From Acidobacteriota bacterium (GTDB lineage: Bacteria; Acidobacteriota; UBA6911; RPQK01; DATIPO01), in contig DATIPO010000206.1 in assembly GCA_035471925.1 (NCBI GenBank), positions 28,002-92,001 on the forward strand: DNA of 64,000 nucleotides, read 5' to 3'. How positions within the stretch are numbered: the stretch's first letter is position 1; each line of letters begins with the position of its first letter. Under the pieces are notes generated by a model, which saw only the letters and a program-made list of their open reading frames with translations, made no database searches and was not told the origin of the DNA. The position numbers were made by a program, and so were the translations under genes. This document shows, in pieces, positions 46,500 to 56,221 of the stretch.

Positions 46500-46739
46500 T
46501 CACATCTTGGGCAACGGAAGGGGCCGAGGAGGCTCTTCGCCCGTACAGGCGATGGCGCAAGTCCGGTCCTTGAAGTTATAGCCGATCAGCCACTGACCGG
46601 TCCCGCATAAGTCATCAGCCCACTTGGCGCACTCGCTGAGGCTGACGTTGAGGATCGTGATCTGAGTTCCCGCCCAAGCGGTTGCCGCTCCCGCCAGCAA
46701 AACCGCCGTAAGGATCACAGCAAATGCAGTTCGGCGCAT
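46500..46739 (-). CDS. small secreted Cys-rich protein, paralog A
   Basis: ORF 46500..46790. Start MRRTAFAVILTAVLLAGAATAWA (signal peptide). 56-aa mature peptide with 4 Cys. Shares the pattern S.EC…LCG.GQW.IGYN.K…CAI.C..EP with 46918..47130. Confidence 0.5.
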   Translation of the reverse strand: MRRTAFAVILTAVLLAGAATAWAGTQITILNVSLSECAKWADDLCGTGQWLIGYNFKDRTCAIACTGEEPPRPLPLPKM

Positions 46740-46917
46740 TTCGGAGTCCTTTCCAGGTTGGTTCACATAGGTCGAATCAGCATATGCCAACGCTGGTCAG
46801 GGGTCAACTGATTTTATATGAAAGGATCAGCCGTTCTTGGTTTTAATTCCCGTCCACAGGCCGGAGGTTGAATCTGCCGACGGTTCCGCCTTTGCTTTCA
46901 GCAGGCGCGAGGCTCGC

Positions 46918-47130
46918 TTAGAGAGGCTCGCATTGGCAGTGGATGGCGCAGATCTTGGTCTTGGGATTGTAGCCGATGATCCACTGCTGTCCGCCGCAGA
47001 GATTGTTGGCGATGGGCACGCACTCAGCAATCGAACCGGCCAGGACATAGTAGGACTCGCAGGCCAGTGCGACGCCTAGTCCTGAGAGCAACACAGCCGC
47101 CAAGAGCAAGGTGGAGATCATGCGCTTCAT
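46918..47130 (-). CDS. small secreted Cys-rich protein, paralog B
   Basis: ORF 46918..47163. Start MKRMISTLLLAAVLLSGLGVALA; GAGGAAACGACT RBS. 47-aa mature peptide with 6 Cys. Confidence 0.5.
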   Translation of the reverse strand: MKRMISTLLLAAVLLSGLGVALACESYYVLAGSIAECVPIANNLCGGQQWIIGYNPKTKICAIHCQCEPL

Positions 47131-47308
47131 AGTCGTTTCCTCATTGTCGGGGCAGAGATTCATTTACACATATCCATGACTAGCATCCTTAACATAGATA
47201 CAGCAAAGAGAAATGTCAAGACGTGATGAGCAGCCGGCACATTATCTGTAGTGACAGGTTGGAGCCCCCGTTCCTGGGAGCGGATGTGTGGCCGAGGGAG
47301 TCAGCTTT

Positions 47309-49198
47309 TCACTCGGAGGCTTCTCGCTTGCGGCGCTCGACTTCGCGCCGGGCCTCGTCGCGGGCCTGCTCCTGAAGGTCGGGCCGGGTCTTTTGCTGGG
47401 GCCGCTGTTTGTCTTTGGAGACGGCCCCGATAATGAGCGTTCCGGGACGAGGGTCGAGGGGATCATCGACGGTGACCACCTTGACCGAACCGTCTTCGCG
47501 GATGGCGAACATGGGCGTAGCGTCGGATCCGTAAAGGTGGAGGTAGTCTTCGTATCCAAACTCCTCGCTCAGCCGTGTGGCCTTGAGGACCATGTCGGGC
47601 TCGCCCAGCAGGCGGTTCAGCGCGGCGTAGGTGGCCTCTTCGCCGAAGAGGACGCGTCCGCGCAGATGTTTGGGCATGGAGAGGGTGTCGGAACGAGCTT
47701 TGGGATGGGCCGGAATCTGGTAGACGGAGGAGCGTCCGAAGATGTCCCGAAAATGCAGGCACGCCAGGGAATTGGCCTCGTCATTGGCGGTTAGGGCCAG
47801 CAGGCGTCCGATTCCCTCCAGCTCCAGTTCGTCTTCAATGTGTTCAGCCAAGATGTTGGCGTAATGGGCGGGCAGGCCCAACTTCTTGGCTTCGGATACG
47901 TTCGACCAGTTGCTGTCCACCAGCATGACGGGCAGGTTCTGCTCGTGCAGGATCTGTCCGATGCGGCGGGCCCACGGGTGGGCGCCCACGATGAGAAAGC
48001 CTCGAGGATGCTCTTGGGCCACCCCCAGGGAGCGCGCCAGGGGCTTGGCCGTGAGGCCGTAGATGGCGGCCGTGGCCACGATGACGATGAAGGTCAGGGG
48101 CACCAGCGCCGAAGCTTCGGCGAATCCCGCGTCGACCAGCCGGATGGAGAAGATGGAGGCCACGGCTGCGGCCACGATTCCGCGCGGAGCCAGCCAAGAG
48201 AGGAAGAGCTTCTCCCGCCAGTTGAGCTTGGTGCGCCAGAGCGACCCGTAAACCGAGGCGGGGCGTACGATCAGCACAAGGAAGGCCACGAAGAGGACGC
48301 TGCTGCTCCCCAACTCAGCCAGGGTTTCCAGCTTGAGACGGGCGGAGAGAAGGATGAAGAGGCCCGAGATGAGGAGGACGCGCAGATCTTCCTTGAAGGC
48401 AATGATGTGCTCCACCGGCGTCCATTTCTGGTTGGCCAGCGCTAGCCCCATGACGGTCACCGTCACCAGCCCCGACTCGTGCATGACCAGATTGGAGGCC
48501 GTGAAGGCGCTGACTACCGCCGCCAGCGCAAAGCTGTTGTGGAGGAAGTCTGGGATCCAGTAGTTCTTCAGCATCATGACGATGAAGCCGGCGCCCGCCA
48601 CTCCCACCAGGATGCCGATGCCGAAGGTCTGCAGGAAGTGGATGGCGGCGGTCCCAGTGGCGTCTTCGGCGCCTGCCAGAATGGCTTCGAAGATCAGCAA
48701 GGCCAGCACGGCGCCCACAGGATCGATGAGGATGCCTTCCCAGCGCGCGATCGAGGCTACCTTGGAGGTCGGCCGCACATGGCGCAGCAACGGCCCGACC
48801 ACGGTAGGCCCCGTCACGACCAGCACGGCGCCCAGGAGGATGGAGAGGGTCCAGTTGAGATGGACGATCCAGTGGGCCGACAGCGCCGTCAACAACCAGG
48901 TGATCATGGCCCCCCAGGTCAGGATCTTGCGCACGGGACGATGGATTTCCTTGAGCTCGGAGAGGTGCAGCGACATTCCTCCCTCGAAGAGAATCAGGGC
49001 CACCGATATCGAGACGATGGGAAAGAGCGTGTCGCCAAGCATGAGGTCGGGATCCATCATGTTGGTGACGGGACCGGCCACGAATCCGAATACCAGCAGC
49101 AAGAGGATGGAGGGAAGGTGCAAGCGCCAAGCCAGCCATTGAGCCAGCAGGCCCAGAAAGACGATCAGCGTCAGTCCGAAGAGTAGGTTCTCGCTCAC
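47309..49198 (-). CDS. Na+/H+ antiporter (CPA1/NhaP type) with C-terminal TrkA-N-like regulatory domain
   Basis: ~12 TM N-terminal exchanger domain, then GFLIVGAHPWARRIGQILHE… Rossmann-like RCK/TrkA-N domain. Confidence 0.8.
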   Translation of the reverse strand: MSENLLFGLTLIVFLGLLAQWLAWRLHLPSILLLLVFGFVAGPVTNMMDPDLMLGDTLFPIVSISVALILFEGGMSLHLSELKEIHRPVRKILTWGAMITWLLTALSAHWIVHLNWTLSILLGAVLVVTGPTVVGPLLRHVRPTSKVASIARWEGILIDPVGAVLALLIFEAILAGAEDATGTAAIHFLQTFGIGILVGVAGAGFIVMMLKNYWIPDFLHNSFALAAVVSAFTASNLVMHESGLVTVTVMGLALANQKWTPVEHIIAFKEDLRVLLISGLFILLSARLKLETLAELGSSSVLFVAFLVLIVRPASVYGSLWRTKLNWREKLFLSWLAPRGIVAAAVASIFSIRLVDAGFAEASALVPLTFIVIVATAAIYGLTAKPLARSLGVAQEHPRGFLIVGAHPWARRIGQILHEQNLPVMLVDSNWSNVSEAKKLGLPAHYANILAEHIEDELELEGIGRLLALTANDEANSLACLHFRDIFGRSSVYQIPAHPKARSDTLSMPKHLRGRVLFGEEATYAALNRLLGEPDMVLKATRLSEEFGYEDYLHLYGSDATPMFAIREDGSVKVVTVDDPLDPRPGTLIIGAVSKDKQRPQQKTRPDLQEQARDEARREVERRKREASE

Positions 49199-49367
49199 AA
49201 CTGCTCCGCAAGCCCCCGTTTATGCACGGTTTTTGCGCTGGACCGTTGGCCTTGGGCGGCCCGCATTGTTCCTTGACGCTCGGGCCTGAGGGTGGCCAAC
49301 AAGCCCAAACCGAGTTTCAGCGGCCGCCACCAGTTGTCCCAACGCTGCTGGCAGTGTGAGGCGGCCC

Positions 49368-50747
49368 CTAACTGTAGCCCAGATAGACGGCTGCGGCCAG
49401 AGCCAGCGATCCCGCGATCCAGATCTTGATCATGAAGGGCATGACGAACCGGAACCAGCGGTCCAGCGGAATCTGGGCCAGAGCCAAATATCCTACCAGA
49501 ACCGCGTTGGTGGGGACCAAGATGTTGGTGAAGCCGTCCCCGAACTGATAGGCCAGCACCGCCACCTGTCGCTCAATGCCGATCAGATCAGCCAGGGGCA
49601 CCATCAAAGGCATTGTCACGTAGACCTGTCCCGTCCCCGAGGGGATAAAGAAATTGCAGATGCTCTGGAAAAAGTACATGCCCACCGCCGCTCCTGTCGA
49701 GCCCAGTTGCTCCAGCGGGATGGAGATGCCGTAGACGATGGTGTCGATCACTTGTCCCTGCTCGAGCACCACCTGGATGGTGCGGGCGAATCCGATGAGC
49801 AGGGCTGTGCCGGTCAGTTCGGCGGCTCCGGCGGTGAAGGTCTCAGCCGTCCGGTCGGCTGAGAGCCGTCCCGCCACGGCGATGAGGATGGCCAACCCCA
49901 GAAAGATGGCCCCCATCTCGTTGAGGTACCAGTGCCAGCGGCTGAGTCCGAAGACGATTAGAGCCAGGGCCGCCACCACCAGTCCCAAAATGGCCCAGTG
50001 ACGGGCCTGGGGCACAGCATACTCCTTGCCGCGAACGGATTCGTCTTGGGCTATCTCGGTCCTGGCCATCAGGCTCTTGGAGGGGTCCTGGCGGACGCGC
50101 GAAGCGTAGGACCAGACATGATGGATGCCGATGGCCAGGAATACGACCGTCAGTGCCAAGCGGAAGCCGATCCCGGAAACCGGCTCGATCTCGGCAAAGC
50201 TCTGGGCGATGATGACCGTGAAAGGATTGGCCACCGCGCATCCGTAGCCCACCGAGTAGCCGATGCAGAGAATGCCCATGGCGGTGATGCGGTCATAGCC
50301 TAAAGCCAGCGACAGCGCCACCAGGATGGGGACGAAGGGAATGTACTCCTCGGCCATGCCGATGGTGCTCGAGCCGGCCGTGAAGACCAGGATGCCGCCG
50401 GCGATGAGCAGTCCGGGACGGCTGGAAAAGCGCCTCAGCAGGAATCCGATCAGGGCGTCGGCTGTGCCTGTCTCGCGCAGAATGGCAAAGGCGCCGCCGA
50501 CGATGAAAATGAAGATGATGATTCCAGCGGCGGCTCCAATTCCCTGGGGCACGGCGGTCAGGGTAGCCCAAGGCGGGAGCGGTTCGGCTTCGACGTAATG
50601 GTAGCTGCCCGCCACTACAACTTCCTGCCCGCTCTCGATGGTTTCGCGGTCAAAACTGCCCGAGGGCAGCAGATAGGTCAAAATCTGAGCCAGGACGATG
50701 ATGGCAAAGAGCAATACAAGAGTATGGGGAACGCGCAGTCTCGGCAT
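49368..50747 (-). CDS. YfcC-family (AbgT/DcuC-like superfamily) membrane transporter
   Basis: ORF 49368..50831. Start [14 protein letters not shown]. Polytopic ~12-TM protein with YfcC-like N-terminal region (LPSGSFDRE…). Confidence 0.65.
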   Translation of the reverse strand: MPRLRVPHTLVLLFAIIVLAQILTYLLPSGSFDRETIESGQEVVVAGSYHYVEAEPLPPWATLTAVPQGIGAAAGIIIFIFIVGGAFAILRETGTADALIGFLLRRFSSRPGLLIAGGILVFTAGSSTIGMAEEYIPFVPILVALSLALGYDRITAMGILCIGYSVGYGCAVANPFTVIIAQSFAEIEPVSGIGFRLALTVVFLAIGIHHVWSYASRVRQDPSKSLMARTEIAQDESVRGKEYAVPQARHWAILGLVVAALALIVFGLSRWHWYLNEMGAIFLGLAILIAVAGRLSADRTAETFTAGAAELTGTALLIGFARTIQVVLEQGQVIDTIVYGISIPLEQLGSTGAAVGMYFFQSICNFFIPSGTGQVYVTMPLMVPLADLIGIERQVAVLAYQFGDGFTNILVPTNAVLVGYLALAQIPLDRWFRFVMPFMIKIWIAGSLALAAAVYLGYS

Positions 50748-51079
50748 CCCCTCATTCTGAGCACCCCGGCCTGGATTTGCAAGAGAACGCCTGAAAGCCT
50801 CTCGCGGCTCCTCCGGGAGGCTGGTGGACAACCTCCCGGTACAAGCAAAGCCACCAATCGAAAGACTCCAGCGGGATTGGGGCGGCTGGATTATAGAAGG
50901 ATGATCATAATCGAGTCAAGCCAAAAATACATGATTTAGTTATCACAACGTCCATATTAAAAATAGTTTTTGGCGAAACGGCAAATCAAGGCAGGCCACC
51001 CCGAGCCAAGGTCAGGACGAGGGCTCTCTGCCTCGCGGGTTGGCGGCGGGAACGGTTTTTCAGCTAGAATGCCAGGGCG

Positions 51080-51694
51080 ATGCCCAAGTTTCCGCGGCCA
51101 TTCTATCGCTGGAGACCCCATCCTTGGCACGGCCTGGAGGTGGGACCGGATCCCCCCGGGGTTGTGCACGCCTACATCGAGATCACTCCTTTCGACCTCT
51201 TGAAGTATGAATTGGACAAGGAAACCGGCTATCTGCGCGTCGACCGCCCTCAGCGCACGTCTTCCCAGCCTCCCAGCCTTTATGGATTTGTGCCCCGCAC
51301 TTTCTGCGGCCGCCGGGTGGGCTCGATGATGGAAGGGGCCAAGGTTGGGGACGGCGATCCGCTGGACATCTGCGTCTTCAGCGAACGGCCCTTTTCCCGC
51401 TCAGAGGTGATCGTCAATGCGCGCGTCATCGGCGGATTGCAGATGCTCGACCATGAGGAGGCTGACGACAAGATCATCGCCATTTTGGAGAGCGACAATC
51501 TGTGGGCAAAGGTGGAAGACATCGGCGGCTTGCCCGATATCCTGGTGGAACGGCTCAGGCATTATTTCTTGACCTACAAGTCGCTGCCCGGCGAGGATTC
51601 GCCGGTGGAGATTCTCAAGGTCTATGACCGGGCCCACGCCACCCAATTGATACAGGCCTCGATCGAGGACTACGAAGAGGAATACGGGGAATAG
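51080..51694 (+). CDS. ppa: inorganic pyrophosphatase (family I)
   Basis: [23 protein letters not shown]; DGDPLDICV; [12 protein letters not shown], the classic family I PPase motifs. Confidence 0.85.
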   Translation: MPKFPRPFYRWRPHPWHGLEVGPDPPGVVHAYIEITPFDLLKYELDKETGYLRVDRPQRTSSQPPSLYGFVPRTFCGRRVGSMMEGAKVGDGDPLDICVFSERPFSRSEVIVNARVIGGLQMLDHEEADDKIIAILESDNLWAKVEDIGGLPDILVERLRHYFLTYKSLPGEDSPVEILKVYDRAHATQLIQASIEDYEEEYGE

Positions 51695-51733
51695 CAGGCG
51701 GCCCACGGCGGGTCCGCGGGGAGGAAAGCGAAT

Positions 51734-53359
51734 ATGCGAAGAATTGCTTCTCTGACGTGCATTTGGATCATCATGGCGGCACTGACCGCTTCCGGCTGGT
51801 CGCAGGGCCGCCGCTCCATTGAGGACGCGCCTGACCGGGACGAGGGCGACGGTCCTTACGAGCAACTCATCCTGCGCGGAGCGACTCTCATCGACGGCAC
51901 CGGAGCGCCTCCCATCGGACCGGTGGACATCGTCATCGCCATCAACCGTATCGTGCAGATCCGCAGCGTCGGCTATCCCGGCCTGCCCATCAACGAGGCC
52001 CGCCGTCCCGAAGCCGGCCCCCGGGCCCGCGAGATCGATTTGGAAGGGCACTATGTGCTTCCCGGCTTCATCGACCTCCACGGCCACATCGGCGGCCGTT
52101 CCCAGGGCACGCCTGCCGAGTACGTCTTCAAGCTGTGGATGGGTCACGGCATCACGACCATCCGCGATCCGGGCAGCGGCAACGGGCTGGAGTGGACGCT
52201 GGCTCACAAGAGCAAGAGCGAGACCAACGAGATCACCGCTCCCCGCATCGAATCCTACATCTGGTTCGGCCGGGGAGCCGAAGAGGAGGTCACCACCCCT
52301 GAGCAGGCCGAGGCCTGGGTGAGGATGGTGGCCGAGCAAGGAGCCGACGGGCTCAAGCTGCCCTCTTTGCGTCCTGACGTCATGAAGGCCACGGTGGAGA
52401 CGGCCCGAGAGCTGGGCTTGCGCACCACCGCCCACCTCAACCAGATGAGGGTGTCCGAGATGGACGTGCTGGACGCGGCCCGCCTGGGACTGCATTGCAT
52501 GGAGCATTGGTACGGCCTGCCCGAGGCCCTTTTCGACGACCGAACCGTTCAGGACTTCCGCCTCGACTACAACTACAACAACGAGCAGCACCGTTTCGGA
52601 CAGGCTGGACGCCTGTGGCAGCAGGCCGCCAAACCTTATTCCGAAAAGTGGAACGCGGTTATGAACGAGCTGCTGGAATTGGGATTCGTCATCGATCCCA
52701 CCATGACCATCTATGAGGCCTCCAGGGACCTGATGCGGGCTCGCCGGGCCGAATGGCACGAGGAGTACACGCTCCCCTCGCTGTGGGACTTCTACCAGCC
52801 CAGCCGCCGATCCCACGGCAGCTATTGGTTTTATTGGGGGACCGAGGAAGAGATCGCCTGGAAGAAGAACTACCAACTCTGGATGACCTTCATCAACGAA
52901 TACAAGAACCGCGGCGGACTGGTCACCACCGGATCTGACTCGGGCTTCATCTTCAAGCTCTACGGCTTCGGCTACATCCGCGAGCTGGAGTTGCTGCGCG
53001 AAGCCGGCTTCCATCCTCTGGAAGTCATCCGGGCGGCCACCCTGAACGGGGCCCAGGCTCTGGGACTGGATGACGAAGTAGGGAGCGTCGAGGTGGGCAA
53101 ACGGGCCGATCTGATTGTCTTGGAAGAGAATCCGCTGGCCAACCTCAAGGTCCTCTACGGCACCGGGGCCATCAAGGTCGACGACGACAACAAGCCGGTG
53201 CGGGTGGGAGGCGTCAAGTACACCATCAAGGACGGCATCGTCTACGACGCCAAGCAACTGCTGGCCGACGTCCGCGCCATGGTCAAGAAGGCCAAAGAGG
53301 ACGAGGGACGCGAGATCGTCCAGCCGGGACGCTCCGCCGATGTGACGCCGGGGCAGTAG
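51734..53359 (+). CDS. secreted amidohydrolase-family metal-dependent hydrolase
   Basis: Signal peptide. LILRGATLIDGTGAP…; metal-binding GFIDLHGHIGG; TIM-barrel amidohydrolase architecture; C-terminal EVGKRADLIVLEENPL. Confidence 0.75.
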   Translation: MRRIASLTCIWIIMAALTASGWSQGRRSIEDAPDRDEGDGPYEQLILRGATLIDGTGAPPIGPVDIVIAINRIVQIRSVGYPGLPINEARRPEAGPRAREIDLEGHYVLPGFIDLHGHIGGRSQGTPAEYVFKLWMGHGITTIRDPGSGNGLEWTLAHKSKSETNEITAPRIESYIWFGRGAEEEVTTPEQAEAWVRMVAEQGADGLKLPSLRPDVMKATVETARELGLRTTAHLNQMRVSEMDVLDAARLGLHCMEHWYGLPEALFDDRTVQDFRLDYNYNNEQHRFGQAGRLWQQAAKPYSEKWNAVMNELLELGFVIDPTMTIYEASRDLMRARRAEWHEEYTLPSLWDFYQPSRRSHGSYWFYWGTEEEIAWKKNYQLWMTFINEYKNRGGLVTTGSDSGFIFKLYGFGYIRELELLREAGFHPLEVIRAATLNGAQALGLDDEVGSVEVGKRADLIVLEENPLANLKVLYGTGAIKVDDDNKPVRVGGVKYTIKDGIVYDAKQLLADVRAMVKKAKEDEGREIVQPGRSADVTPGQ

Positions 53360-53515
53360 GCGTCCCCGGCGCCTCGTCAGGAAAGGGAATGCGATGTCCA
53401 GGCGCGCTCGAAGCGCCCGGTACGCCCGCTTGGGACGCGAGCTTCTCATGAAACGGATCTTTCCGGCGGCTTCTTCGTGTCAATCACTGTGAGTGCTGAT
53501 AGCCGAACGATTCGA

Positions 53516-54124
53516 ATGCCCAACTACAACCCGTCCCAATTTCATGGATTCGAGCCCTCCAGCGAGGACATCTACGCCCAATTCCGCCGTCCGCCGGGAG
53601 ACGCAGTGGTTAATCCGCGCACTTTGACTCCTTTTCTGCGGGTGCTGCTGGAAATCGACGGCACGGTAACCCGTTTCATCGAGGCCTTCACCCAGGAAGG
53701 AATAGCGGTCCTCAAGCTGGGCCAAGGGCGCCTCGTGCTTCCCGACAGGGTCGATTTCCTGGAGATGGAGGCCGGCCTCGAGGTGACCACCCGCCAAGTC
53801 TTGCTGTGGGGACGGGAAAGCCGCCGGATTTACGCCTACGGCTCCTCGCTCATCGTGCCCGAGCGGCTTTCTGAGGAGGCCCGCCGAATGCTTGCCCATC
53901 CCCAGGAAGGGTTGGGCCGCATCATGCGCAAGACCCGCATGGAAACTTATCGCGAGATCCTCTGGAAGTATCGGGAGTACACCGACGTGCTGCCCGAGGC
54001 CATCCGTCCGCTGGCCTCCATGGGACTGGTTAGCCGCACCTACCGTATCCTCTGCGGCGGAAAGCCGATCATGGCCATCAACGAAAAGTTCCCCCGCGTC
54101 CTCGACTTGCCCGACCATCATTGA
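53516..54124 (+). CDS. chorismate lyase/UTRA-fold (UbiC-like) small protein
   Basis: ORF 53477..54124 (GTG start). Internal ATG at 53516. ~200 aa with length and secondary-structure pattern compatible with the UbiC/UTRA fold. Weak call. Confidence 0.35.
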   Translation: MPNYNPSQFHGFEPSSEDIYAQFRRPPGDAVVNPRTLTPFLRVLLEIDGTVTRFIEAFTQEGIAVLKLGQGRLVLPDRVDFLEMEAGLEVTTRQVLLWGRESRRIYAYGSSLIVPERLSEEARRMLAHPQEGLGRIMRKTRMETYREILWKYREYTDVLPEAIRPLASMGLVSRTYRILCGGKPIMAINEKFPRVLDLPDHH

Positions 54125-54149
54125 AGCCATCTCCAACTATAGGAAGATT

Positions 54150-55490
54150 ATGAGCCCCGATCCGCCGCGCGCCGACCATTCGCCATTCACCGATCTGGAC
54201 GACAAAGATGGACCTTCCGCAAGTGAACGCCTGAGCCGCGAGCAAATCCTCTCAGCCCAGTTGGAGAAACTGCGGGCGGGAGTGGCCCAGCTTCTCGACA
54301 CCAATTCCTTTTACCGCGCCAAGCTGAAAGAGGCCGGCCTGGAAGACGCCCGTGACCTGAAGACGTGGGACGATTACCGCCGTCTGCCCTTCACGGGAAA
54401 AGACGAACTCTCCTCTGATCAAGAGGAGCATCCGCCCTATGGAAGCAATCTGACCTATGGGCCGGAGCGCTACGTGCGCGTCCACCAGACATCGGGCACC
54501 AAGGGCGATCCTTTGCGCTGGCTCGATACCCAAGGCAGTTGGCAGTGGTGGGCGCGTTGCTGGGAACGGGTCTACCGGGGGGCCGGAGTGACCTCGCGAG
54601 ACCGCATTTTTTTCGCCTTTTCCTTCGGCCCCTTCATCGGCTTCTGGAGCGCCCACGAGGGTGCCCGCCAAATCAATGCTCTGGCCATTCCCGGGGGCGG
54701 CATGTCGTCGATCCAGCGCCTGGAAGCCCTCCTGACCCACCAAGCCACCGTGCTGGTAAGCACGCCTACCTATGCGCTGCATCTGGCCGAGGTGGCCGAG
54801 GAGGAGAGGGTCGACCTGGCTCAATCGTCCGTCCGCGTCACCATTCAGGCGGGCGAGCCGGGAGCCGGATTGCCTGCCACCCGGGCCCGAATCGAAGAGG
54901 CCTGGGGCGCCCGCTGCTACGATCACGCCGGGGCTACCGAGGTGGGTGCCTGGGGCTATGAAGGCCGGCACCAAAACGGACTCTTCATCAATGAAGAGGA
55001 GTTCATGGCCGAAGTCCTCGACCCGGACTCCGGCGAGGCTGCGGAAGAGGGCGAGCTGGTGCTCACCAACCTGGGACGCTTCGGCATGCCCGTCCTGCGC
55101 TACCGCAGCGGCGACCGCGTCAGGCTGGCGCGCGACGCCTCGCCCTGCGGACGCACCTTCCGGCGCCTCGAGGGAGGCATCATCGGACGCGTCGACGACG
55201 TCCTCTTAGTGCGCGGCATCAACGTCTTCCCCTCCTCGGTTGAAAACATCGTGCGGCGCATCGAAACCATCGGCGAGTTCTCGGTGGAAGTGACCCGCAA
55301 GGAGGCCCTGGATGAGATGGAAATCCGAATCGAAGTGGATCGTTCAGCCGACTCAGGGGAGGTAGCCGCCGCTCTGGCTCAGAAGCTGCGCAACGCTCTT
55401 GGACTGAGGGCCTCCGTGACCCCTGTGGAATTCGGCTCCCTGCCCCGCTTCGACCTCAAGGCCCGCCGTTTCAAAGACCTCCGCGAGTGA
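54150..55490 (+). CDS. phenylacetate-CoA ligase (PaaK)/coenzyme F390 synthetase-like adenylating enzyme
   Basis: ORF 53892..55490. ATG at 54150 with an AGGAAG RBS. P-loop HQTSGTKGDPLRW; the C-terminal motif …RYRSGDRVRLARD… is typical of the PaaK family. Confidence 0.7.
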   Translation: MSPDPPRADHSPFTDLDDKDGPSASERLSREQILSAQLEKLRAGVAQLLDTNSFYRAKLKEAGLEDARDLKTWDDYRRLPFTGKDELSSDQEEHPPYGSNLTYGPERYVRVHQTSGTKGDPLRWLDTQGSWQWWARCWERVYRGAGVTSRDRIFFAFSFGPFIGFWSAHEGARQINALAIPGGGMSSIQRLEALLTHQATVLVSTPTYALHLAEVAEEERVDLAQSSVRVTIQAGEPGAGLPATRARIEEAWGARCYDHAGATEVGAWGYEGRHQNGLFINEEEFMAEVLDPDSGEAAEEGELVLTNLGRFGMPVLRYRSGDRVRLARDASPCGRTFRRLEGGIIGRVDDVLLVRGINVFPSSVENIVRRIETIGEFSVEVTRKEALDEMEIRIEVDRSADSGEVAAALAQKLRNALGLRASVTPVEFGSLPRFDLKARRFKDLRE

Positions 55491-55558
55491 CCTCCGGGTA
55501 CCCATAGAAAAGCCCGCCGGGATGCGGCGGGCTTTGGACAGGTTGAGAGCGAAAGCAC

Positions 55559-56071
55559 TTACTCGGCAGTCTTGTCGGAGATGGCGCCGGCCAAGTGCAG
55601 GTTTCCGAAGGTCCAAGTCAAGACGGCCCGGCCTTCCATATCCCCGTGTCCGGGCACGATGTCGAAGTTGATGTGCTCGGCGCGGATGGGAAGCTTCTGG
55701 AATTCCGAGTCGAGTTCGGTGACCTTGGATGCGTCGGCCGCCTCGTCGAATCCCAGGCGTCCTTCGTGCAGGCCCATGACCCAGGTGTCGCCCTTCTTGA
55801 TGGCGCCTACATGGTAGTCGCCGGCGGTGAAGGTGTGACCGTTGACCGTCAGGTCAGCAGCGAAGTTGATCGAGGCGAAGGCCTTGTTGAAGGCGCCGTC
55901 CTCGATGCCTTCCAAGTGGGATTCATTGGCGGGAGCCGTGAAAAATGACAGTTTCACGTCGACTCCGTTGACCTTGGTGGTGACGGTCTTGCTCATGTGG
56001 GGGTGTGCCATCAGTCCGGTCATGACGGTTACGGCCAGTCCGACCAGCAGCAGCTTTTTGGTCCAATGCAT
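55559..56071 (-). CDS. DUF2911-like secreted protein
   Basis: ORF 55559..56089. Start MHWTKKLLLVGLAVTVMTGLMA (signal peptide). ~150-aa mature domain. Confidence 0.45.
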   Translation of the reverse strand: MHWTKKLLLVGLAVTVMTGLMAHPHMSKTVTTKVNGVDVKLSFFTAPANESHLEGIEDGAFNKAFASINFAADLTVNGHTFTAGDYHVGAIKKGDTWVMGLHEGRLGFDEAADASKVTELDSEFQKLPIRAEHINFDIVPGHGDMEGRAVLTWTFGNLHLAGAISDKTAE

Positions 56072-56221
56072 TGTGGATTCCTCCTCCAAATCTTTGATTC
56101 TACGTCCCCTGTGACGTCTTCGTACGGGTTAACGTCTTTCGCCTCCAATACGCACATCAACGCATAAAGTTCCCATTTGGCATTCAAACGGGACTGCCGG
56201 CAGGAACTCGGTAGGGCAGCC

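Noticed and set aside
51401-53449. 682-aa minus-strand ORF
   Set aside because: Antisense to the pyrophosphatase and amidohydrolase genes; no motifs.
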